Positions 7,906-14,135 of a DNA stretch of 14,135 nt are shown here, one piece after another (the first letter of the stretch is position 1; every line of letters starts with the position of its first letter). Source of the DNA: an uncultured Nitrospiraceae bacterium (GTDB lineage Bacteria > Nitrospirota > Thermodesulfovibrionia > Thermodesulfovibrionales > UBA6898); assembly GCA_963811165.1 (NCBI GenBank), contig CAWEQH010000006.1:1-14135 (forward strand), read 5' to 3'. Made by a program: the position numbers and the translations under genes. Under the pieces are notes generated by a model. The model was not told where the DNA came from. It ran no database searches and was given only the letters and a program-made list of their open reading frames with translations.

Positions 7906-7982
7906 TGAGGTCTTAGGTCAGAGGCATTGATAAATTTTACCGCCTTACGCCTCGCGCAACAATCCTCAATAATCAGACCTCA
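7906..7982. repeat. Heptamer arrays with inverted arms between convergent manC and cytochrome genes (possible bidirectional terminator structure)
   Basis: TGAGGTC TTAGGTC AGAGGCA (7906-7926); CGCCTTA CGCCTCG (7941-7954). AGACCTCA (7975-7982) is the reverse complement of TGAGGTCT (7906-7913). Confidence 0.6.
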
Positions 7983-7998
7983 CTAGGCTTACTCATTG

Positions 7999-9312
7999 CT
8001 ACTTTCCCTTTGGCTTTTCCGCAGGCTTTTCCGCTTCCGGTGCTTTTCCGGGTGTTTTCCGGTCATAATTGTATGTCTTATGGCACCCCGGCGAGCATTG
8101 TCCGCCGGTCTCCGTCTTTACATATCTAAGAGGAAGTTCCCATTTGCCAAAAGGAGTGCTCTCCGCAATAAGCTTTGGGTTTGGGCTGCCATGTACACTG
8201 TGACAAAGCCTGCAGGTCCTTCCCTTCTCTTTGTTGACATGGAGATAATGCAAGTTCCTATCGCCGTCCCTGAAACCGGTAGCAAAAGATGTGTCCGGAA
8301 AACGAAGCAAGTCCCTGTTGTGGCAGCTGAAACATAGCTCATATTCCTTATCGGTGTAAGTGGCATACACATCGGAAGGAAATTCCTTGACCAAAAGCTT
8401 TTGGTTCTTCGAGCCGTGGGGATTATGACAGGGCGTACACTTACCGGCTGCGATCGGCCCGTGGAGGAACTTCATGTTCTTTTTTATAATGTTCTTATGG
8501 CACCCGAGACAGAGGTCCTTCCCCTGCTTCACGAGGAGTTTATCGTTGTCGCTTGAATGAGGGGAATGGCAGGAGACGCATCCCTGCTCACTCTTTACAG
8601 GAGCGTGAACGACCTTGGCCTTTTCAACTGTTTCTTCGATCTGAGGATGACACTGAAAGCAGACTTTTCCCCCAACCTCAGGCAACAACTTTTTGAAGGA
8701 AGAACCATGAGGATTGTGGCATGAAGGACACCCGCCAAGCACAGCCCCATGAATGACTTTTTTCTTCATCATATCCTCCATGTCCGTGTGACAGCCGAAA
8801 CACAACTCAGGGCCGCCTTTTAAAAGCAGCTTCTCGTTATCGGATTCATGAGGGGAATGACAGGCAGTACAATCTCCCGCTGAAGTAGGACCATGCAAAT
8901 ATTTGAAGTTCACCTTGTCCGGATGACATGATAAACAGAGGTCCTTCACAGGCTGCGTCAGCAATTTAGATTCATCTGATGAGTGAGGATTATGACACGT
9001 CGTGCACATGCCGTCCTTGACGGGAGGATGGATATGAGGTTTTTTCCCGAACGGCGTATGGCACGTAAAGCAAAGATCAGGGACATTCTGGTTGAGCTTG
9101 AAGGTCTCCTTGCCTTTCTGAGGGTGCGGTGACGACGCCGACTGATGGCAGGTGTCGCACGGCTCTGCGACGGGATGGACATCTTTTCCCTTTAGCAGCG
9201 TCGGATGGCACTGACCGGTGACGCAACTCTCTTCCGCCGTCACCCGCGTATTTAGCGCAATAAAGACAGTTGCCATAGCAAAGAAGACCAGCAGTAACGA
9301 TAATTTCTTCAC
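7999..9312 (-). CDS. Periplasmic multiheme c-type cytochrome (doubled-CxxCH repeat family), 15 predicted hemes
   Basis: Signal peptide MKKLSLLLVFFAMATVFIALNTRVTA; 13 CxxCH motifs plus CVTGQCH (CX4CH) and CSPGCH (CX3CH); repeating H.P...G.CxxCH.PH.S....LL......LCxxCH unit of about 40 aa; GTG start. Confidence 0.93.
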   Translation of the reverse strand: MKKLSLLLVFFAMATVFIALNTRVTAEESCVTGQCHPTLLKGKDVHPVAEPCDTCHQSASSPHPQKGKETFKLNQNVPDLCFTCHTPFGKKPHIHPPVKDGMCTTCHNPHSSDESKLLTQPVKDLCLSCHPDKVNFKYLHGPTSAGDCTACHSPHESDNEKLLLKGGPELCFGCHTDMEDMMKKKVIHGAVLGGCPSCHNPHGSSFKKLLPEVGGKVCFQCHPQIEETVEKAKVVHAPVKSEQGCVSCHSPHSSDNDKLLVKQGKDLCLGCHKNIIKKNMKFLHGPIAAGKCTPCHNPHGSKNQKLLVKEFPSDVYATYTDKEYELCFSCHNRDLLRFPDTSFATGFRDGDRNLHYLHVNKEKGRTCRLCHSVHGSPNPKLIAESTPFGKWELPLRYVKTETGGQCSPGCHKTYNYDRKTPGKAPEAEKPAEKPKGK

Positions 9313-9322
9313 ACCAATTTGA

Positions 9323-9352
9323 ATTATAACAAAATATTTTTTTAAAAAACAA
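9323..9352 (-). promoter_or_regulatory. Sigma70-type extended -10 promoter for the cytochrome gene
   Basis: Minus strand reads TTGTTT-18 nt-TATAAT with a perfect TGTTATAAT (9331-9323), ending 10 nt before the GTG. Confidence 0.6.
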
Positions 9353-9485
9353 GCACCCTGCTGCCAATAATTTAGAAGGTAATTAGGTTAGGTTAGCCGC
9401 CTCACGTCAGTGGACAGGACATCTGAGGCAAATTTTTAATAATAAGCGAGCATACTAACCCAAATTTTATAGCGCCGGGAACAGC

Positions 9486-9540
9486 TGACTTTTGCCATCA
9501 TTGCTTTGGTCAAATGACCGATTGGATAGGTAATTTTCCC
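9486..9540. promoter_or_regulatory. Three phased candidate enhancer (UAS) sites for a sigma54 activator
   Basis: TGAC-TTTT-GCCA (9486-9497), GGTC-AAAT-GACC (9508-9519, palindromic arms) and GGTA-ATTT-TCCC (9529-9540). Spacings are 22 and 21 bp, about 100-150 bp upstream of the -24/-12 element. Confidence 0.55.
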
Positions 9541-9637
9541 GGACACGCGGCTTACCGGCTACCGAGGCCGGCCGAAGGAACGTGAATTTTTCCCCATAAA
9601 TAAGCCCTTTCCTTTTTCCGCCGACAACTCAGAATCA

Positions 9638-9653
9638 TGGTATAAGAATTGCT
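9638..9653 (+). promoter_or_regulatory. Sigma54 (-24/-12) promoter for the REC-PilZ gene
   Basis: TGGTATAAGAATTGCT: GG-N10-GC with TTGCT, matching the TGGYRYR-N4-TTGCW consensus. A sigma54 activator is encoded in the neighbouring operon. Confidence 0.7.
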
Positions 9654-9666
9654 TATTTTTTAGACG

Positions 9667-10341
9667 GTGAAGAAAATTCTTGTCCTTGATAATAGTCCAT
9701 TTATTCGCTATCTCCTGACGCGTACGCTTCAGAGCGATGTCACGTCCGTGGTAACGGCGTCGAACATCGAGAAGGCGTTCGTCGCGGTCAAGGAGCAGCC
9801 GCATGATCTTTTTTTCCTTGACATGCAGATGCTGAATAATTCTTCCATGGGAGAGACATTAAGGTCACTCAAGGGACTTTCCCCTCAAATTAAGATCATG
9901 ATGATGTCGGAGACCTATCCCGGCGATGAGACGTTCAGAGAACTTAATGAAATGATGGACGTGTTCATACCGAAACCGTTCTTCCCGTCGGAGATCAGGC
10001 GTCTGGCCGGTCAATCCCTGGGACTGGGCGAGCATTACTGGGACCGCTATGAGACGATCGAAGATACTACAATTTCCCAAAAAAGGCGGGAGGATAGGGT
10101 CCCGGCCACAGAGACAATAGATTTTACGGTGAGCACCGTACGGGGCGGAAGCGAGTCGGTCAGCCTGAAAGGGAACGTCATCAATAGAAGCCCTTCCGGG
10201 ATCGGAATGCTTACGGAATACCCGATCGTCCCGGGCAACCTCGTGATGCTTACTAACGGGACGGAGCTTCATGAAGGCATCGTCACCTGGAGTCGCAAGA
10301 TGGACGATACTACATACAGCGCCGGGATCTTTTTTGTTTAA
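9667..10341 (+). CDS. Response regulator: receiver domain plus PilZ-like C-terminal domain
   Basis: REC: KKILVLDNS...LFFLDMQM (phospho-Asp)...MMMSE...FIPKPF. C-terminus has RREDR (RxxxR) and NRSPSG (D/NxSxxG), then G.VTWSR......YSAGIFF, typical of PilZ barrels. Confidence 0.8.
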   Translation: MKKILVLDNSPFIRYLLTRTLQSDVTSVVTASNIEKAFVAVKEQPHDLFFLDMQMLNNSSMGETLRSLKGLSPQIKIMMMSETYPGDETFRELNEMMDVFIPKPFFPSEIRRLAGQSLGLGEHYWDRYETIEDTTISQKRREDRVPATETIDFTVSTVRGGSESVSLKGNVINRSPSGIGMLTEYPIVPGNLVMLTNGTELHEGIVTWSRKMDDTTYSAGIFFV

Positions 10342-10352
10342 ATCAGAGGGGT

Positions 10353-11747
10353 TTATTCCAGCCCGAATTTTCTGATCTGGTAACGGAAAGAATCGTAACT
10401 CATATTAAGAAGTTTTGCGGCGCCTGACTTGTTATTCTGTGTCCGCTCAAGTGCCTGCTTTATCAAATCCCTCTCCAGGTCCTCAAGTGAAATACCCTCC
10501 GCAGGGAGGGTAAATCCGTCCTTCCGCAACTGCTGTTCTCCGGGCTTATCGAACAGCCAATTCGGGAGATGTTCGGGAACGATTTCTTCCGCATTCTCAA
10601 GCACGACGATCCTCTCGATGAGGTTCTTGAGTTCTCTCACGTTACCGGGCCACGCGTATGCATTCAGAAGCTTTTCCACGGCAGGTGAAAAACCCCTGAA
10701 CATTTTTTTATTGTATTTCCCCGAAAAAAGCGAGAGAAAGTGTTCGGCAAGGACAATGATATCCTCCCTTCTCTCCCTCAGCGGGGGTATATGAAGATAA
10801 AAGGCACTCAGCCGGTAGAAGAGGTCCTTTCTGAACGAGCCGTTTTTCACCGCGTCGGCGAGGTCGCGGTTCGTCGTGGCAATCACCGTGACTTCGATTG
10901 GGATATCGTCCTTTCCACCGAGACGTCTGACCGTCCGCTCCTCGAGGACACGAAGGAGCGCAGTCTGCAGATGGGGTTCCATCTCGCCGACCTCATCAAG
11001 CAATATGGTGCCGCCTATCGCTAGTTCGAACAGGCCTTTCTTGTCCGCACGCGCATCCGTGAACGCACCTTTCTCGTACCCGAACAGTTCGCTCTCCAGC
11101 AGGTGGTGCGGCAATGCAGCACAGTTGACGCCCACAAACGGCTCGCGCCGCGCATTGCCTTCATCGTACATGAGATTGTGGATATACCGCGCGAGAACTT
11201 CTTTCCCTGTGCCGCTTTCTCCCGTAATCAGGATACTCGTCACGCGCGCATCCGCCATCTTGGCGACCTTAGCCTTGATATCTACTATCGCCGGCGACTG
11301 TCCAACCAAATCGCCCTTCATGTAAGTAGAGTTGACCTTCCGCAGGTAATCGACCTCCTGCTCAAGCCTCTTGTTTTCAATCACTTTGCCGATGACGATT
11401 TTTACCTCTTCGATATTGAAAGGCTTGGTCAGATAATCGGCCGCTCCGAGCTTCATGGCCCTGACCGCTGTTTCGGCCGTATCGTCCGCAGTCAGCATGA
11501 CGACCTTGGCCGGGAGTCCGCTTTCGCGGATTTCCTGAAGGATATCGATGCCGTTTCGGCCGGGAAGATTTACATCGAGCAATACCACATCCGGAAACCA
11601 CGCCCTCACCTTGTTCAAGACGTCTACCGCGGTCACATCGGACATTATCTCATAGCCTTCCCTCTCGAGTGCCCTTGACAGGGTCAGCACAATGAGTTCA
11701 TCGTCTTCGATAATGAAAAGCTTCCTTTTCTTCCTCAAGGATTTCAT
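10353..11747 (-). CDS. Sigma54-dependent NtrC-family response regulator (REC-AAA+-Fis HTH)
   Basis: IIEDD...LLDVNLP...LTA...KPF receiver; GESGTGKE Walker A; ESELFGYEKGAFTDA; LLDEVGE Walker B; FRKDLFYRL; WPGNVREL; C-terminal NKSGAAKLLNMS HTH. 4-nt ATGA overlap with the kinase gene. Confidence 0.96.
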   Translation of the reverse strand: MKSLRKKRKLFIIEDDELIVLTLSRALEREGYEIMSDVTAVDVLNKVRAWFPDVVLLDVNLPGRNGIDILQEIRESGLPAKVVMLTADDTAETAVRAMKLGAADYLTKPFNIEEVKIVIGKVIENKRLEQEVDYLRKVNSTYMKGDLVGQSPAIVDIKAKVAKMADARVTSILITGESGTGKEVLARYIHNLMYDEGNARREPFVGVNCAALPHHLLESELFGYEKGAFTDARADKKGLFELAIGGTILLDEVGEMEPHLQTALLRVLEERTVRRLGGKDDIPIEVTVIATTNRDLADAVKNGSFRKDLFYRLSAFYLHIPPLRERREDIIVLAEHFLSLFSGKYNKKMFRGFSPAVEKLLNAYAWPGNVRELKNLIERIVVLENAEEIVPEHLPNWLFDKPGEQQLRKDGFTLPAEGISLEDLERDLIKQALERTQNNKSGAAKLLNMSYDSFRYQIRKFGLE

Positions 11748-13189
11748 AGACAGTTCCTTGTTTGCGGGAAAGAGATCGTAAACGTCGCCCCGCCATCCGG
11801 ATTGTTTTCGACCCCTATCGCCCCCTCATGCTGTTCAATAAGGCGCTTAATGATTGCCAGGCCCAGGCCGGTCCCTTTGCGTTTCGTCGTAAAAAACGGC
11901 TGGAATATTTTGCCCATGCACCCCTCTTCGATCCCCTTTCCCGTATCGGAGACCCGTACCCCGATTGTTTGGCTCGACTGCTCATAGAAGGTTTTCACGT
12001 GCAGCGTCCCGCCCTCGGGCATGGCCTCGGCCGCGTTTAGGAGGAGGTTAAGGAATATCTGTCTAAGCTGCAGGGGGTCCGCCGGCACATTAGGGATATG
12101 TTCTTCGAAATCTTTGACGACCATAATCGCCGTTCCGTTACGCAAAGTAAAAGAAGGATGCTTCAGGGCGAAGGAAACGATCATAGAGAGGACGCTGTTG
12201 ATATCGACATCCACGTACTGCGGCTTCGGCGGCTTTGCGAAGTTCAGCAGGTCTTTCATCAGCGATTCAATCCGGATCACGTCTTCGACCGCCTTCAAAA
12301 GGAGCGCCCTGTCCTGCGGCGCAACATTAGATTCCTGGGAAATGAGCTCTATGGCGCCCCTTACGCCGGCAAGCGGGTTTTTGATCTCATGGGCCAATCC
12401 TGCCGCCACTTCCCCCAGCACGATGCCCTGCTCGATCCGCTGCATCTTCGTGAAGTGCTCTTTCAAAGAGCCGGCCATTTCGTTCATCGAACTCGCCACC
12501 TCTCCAAATTCCTGCTGCAATCCTTCTACCCGGTAATCGAGGTCGCCCTCTTTCAAGCGTCTCGTGGCATAGAGAAGTTTGTTCATCGGGCGCGTAAACG
12601 TCCTGATAAAGAAATAAGACAACCCGAAAATAAGAAGCGGCCCCATAAACAGGAGCACGTAAAGGATGATCTTTGTGCCGGAGATCTTCGTGAGGGTCGC
12701 CTGGGTCCGTTGTTGGAGTCTCTTCGTCGTGAGCGCGACCATGTCATCAACCTTGGTCATCAGGTTCTGCCCTATCGCAAACGCAGCGTCTTCTTCTTCT
12801 CCCAGCCTCTTTACGTCGGCGTGAATGGTAAAGGCCCTGCTCAATGAATTCCTGTACTCATCTATGAGACCCCTTATGTTATTGATCCTTCCCGTTACGG
12901 TTTCGTTATGATGACAGGACAAACAGGCGTCAGCGACGCGCTGCAGGTTTCTGACGTCTTTGACCACAATATCAGTACCTCTGGCATAGCGCGTATTTTT
13001 GAGACTTAGGTCGGACTGGACCCGTTTGATCTGGAGCTGGAGATGCTCCCGCAATATCTCAACCTGATGCAGCAGGATCAGCTCGTCAAGAGACGACGTT
13101 GACCGCTCGATAGAAAAAATAATATAGAACACGCCGATGACAAACATCAGCGAGAAAATACCCAGTCCGACGATAATTGTTCTTTTCAT
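11744..13189 (-). CDS. Membrane sensor histidine kinase with periplasmic CxxCH heme-c motif, HAMP, HisKA and HATPase domains
   Basis: Two TM helices flank a ~145-aa helical periplasmic region containing CLSCH (12911-12925). HAMP RPMNKL...GDLDYRV...EFGEVASSMNEM; H-box AHEIKNPL; N-box NLLLNAAEAM; DTGKGI; FQPFFTTK; GTGLGL. Confidence 0.95.
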   Translation of the reverse strand: MKRTIIVGLGIFSLMFVIGVFYIIFSIERSTSSLDELILLHQVEILREHLQLQIKRVQSDLSLKNTRYARGTDIVVKDVRNLQRVADACLSCHHNETVTGRINNIRGLIDEYRNSLSRAFTIHADVKRLGEEEDAAFAIGQNLMTKVDDMVALTTKRLQQRTQATLTKISGTKIILYVLLFMGPLLIFGLSYFFIRTFTRPMNKLLYATRRLKEGDLDYRVEGLQQEFGEVASSMNEMAGSLKEHFTKMQRIEQGIVLGEVAAGLAHEIKNPLAGVRGAIELISQESNVAPQDRALLLKAVEDVIRIESLMKDLLNFAKPPKPQYVDVDINSVLSMIVSFALKHPSFTLRNGTAIMVVKDFEEHIPNVPADPLQLRQIFLNLLLNAAEAMPEGGTLHVKTFYEQSSQTIGVRVSDTGKGIEEGCMGKIFQPFFTTKRKGTGLGLAIIKRLIEQHEGAIGVENNPDGGATFTISFPQTRNCL

Positions 13190-14095
13190 TTAATTCGTGT
13201 AGTCGTAAGTAGAAAGATCGAGATGGATTCCTTCAGCATACCGCCGTACGGGTTCAAAGTCGGCGTCAGTTGTCGGGATAAATCTCTGCGCCCCGAAATC
13301 ACTTAGTACGGCTTTGCCTTCCGGATCGTTGTTCATGGTCAGCAGCGCCTCCCTCAGCCTCCCTTTGATTTCTTCGCCGATGTCCTTTCTGAGCGCCAGG
13401 CTGTTCTCCGGCACCTCGGGCGACCTCTGAAGTATAACCAAATCCTCCCCTATCCTGTTGTCCGCCTTCGCAAGCCTCTCAAAAATAGTATTCTTTGCCG
13501 CACCGATATCGGCCTTCTTATTCAGCACATCGTAGATTACATCTTCGTGGGTCCCGGCAAAATAGGTCTCCCTGAAAAAAGCATGGAAGTTTTTAATGCC
13601 GTTCTTATGAAAGTAGTGCAGGGGCAAGAGGTACCCCGCCGTCGTTGCCTTATCCACGAAGGCGAATCTCTTTTCCCGCATGTCTGCGGCCGTTTTAATG
13701 CCGCTGTCCTTGCGCACAAAAATCAGCCCGTAGTAGGTCGATATACCCTCAGGAGTTTCCGGCCGTGCAACGGCCTCAACCCCGAGCTTCGCGTGTGCAA
13801 GGGTGTAGGTGAAACTCCCGAAAAAAGCACCGTCCATCCCTTTTGAAACGAAGGTATCGATGATGTTGCCGTAACGGGGAAGGACGACCAGATTTATTTT
13901 GTATCCCGTACGCGCCTGCAGATATCTGGCAAGCGGTTCATAACGTTCCATCTGATTGAAGATATTCTGTTCAGGGATGAGCCCTATTACCAGGGTTTTC
14001 AGGGGAGGCTGCTTATTGACGGTCACCGCTTTTTTTTCGCTGCATCCAGCCAAAAGCATAACGCCCATGCACCAGGCAATAATAAAGACCTTCAC
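13190..14095 (-). CDS. PhnD/PtxB-family (phosphonate/phosphite/oxyanion) periplasmic binding lipoprotein
   Basis: Lipobox LLAG-C; IGLIPEQ, TYYGLIFVRKDSGI, RFAFVDKATTAGYLLP, FAGTHEDVI and SPEVPE...RKD are PhnD-family features. Its stop abuts the kinase ATG (TAAATG); GTG start. Confidence 0.9.
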   Translation of the reverse strand: MKVFIIAWCMGVMLLAGCSEKKAVTVNKQPPLKTLVIGLIPEQNIFNQMERYEPLARYLQARTGYKINLVVLPRYGNIIDTFVSKGMDGAFFGSFTYTLAHAKLGVEAVARPETPEGISTYYGLIFVRKDSGIKTAADMREKRFAFVDKATTAGYLLPLHYFHKNGIKNFHAFFRETYFAGTHEDVIYDVLNKKADIGAAKNTIFERLAKADNRIGEDLVILQRSPEVPENSLALRKDIGEEIKGRLREALLTMNNDPEGKAVLSDFGAQRFIPTTDADFEPVRRYAEGIHLDLSTYDYTN

Positions 14096-14101
14096 CTTAT
14101 A

Positions 14102-14132
14102 ATTATAATATTTTACATAAAGGGAAGGTCAA
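14102..14132 (-). promoter_or_regulatory. Sigma70 promoter of the binding protein-kinase-regulator operon
   Basis: Minus strand: TTGACC (14132-14127), then overlapping TATTAT (16-nt spacer) or TATAAT (19-nt spacer, 14107-14102), ending 6 nt before the GTG. Confidence 0.6.
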
Positions 14133-14135
14133 GTC

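Noticed and set aside
9352..9366. Minus-strand TGGCAGCAGGGTGCT as a sigma54 promoter for the cytochrome
   Set aside because: Only 9 nt between GG and GC; sigma54 requires 10.
9383..9396. TTAGG TTAGG TTAG 5-bp repeat upstream of the cytochrome
   Set aside because: Too short to distinguish from chance; no supporting context.
9484..9497. Minus-strand TGGCAAAAGTCAGC as a sigma54 promoter
   Set aside because: 9-nt spacing again; better explained as an enhancer-like site.
9559..9804. 81-aa minus-strand ORF
   Set aside because: Overlaps the REC-PilZ gene and its promoter antisense; no recognisable domain.
10429..12847. Several + strand ORFs of 60-250 aa opposite the regulator and kinase
   Set aside because: Antisense shadows of well-supported genes, with no recognisable motifs.

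Overview
Bacterial chromosomal window, about 50-55% GC; gene content and style suggest Nitrospirota or Desulfobacterota (inference). It holds two convergent blocks. (1) 1-7886, + strand: the distal part of a surface-polysaccharide locus: cysC (5'-truncated), wzm, wzt, a divergent gmd-like gene, canonical gmd, fcl and manC. This block carries many short 6-7 bp tandem/inverted repeat arrays, two of them translated in frame inside Wzt and ManC. It also has a 16-codon remnant resembling the start of a four-helix-bundle (TIGR02436-like) gene and a nested pair of REP-like palindromic elements. (2) 7999-14135: a redox/oxyanion signalling module. A - strand operon encodes an orphan PhnD-family lipoprotein, a histidine kinase with a periplasmic CxxCH heme motif and a sigma54 (NtrC-type) response regulator. 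Next to it, a divergent pair encodes a REC-PilZ protein (sigma54 promoter plus three phased candidate enhancer sites) and a periplasmic cytochrome c with 15 predicted hemes. The most interesting candidates are the AioXSR-like three-component system with a heme-c sensor and the repeat/four-helix-bundle footprints in the glycan locus. All family assignments come from motif recognition, not database searches.
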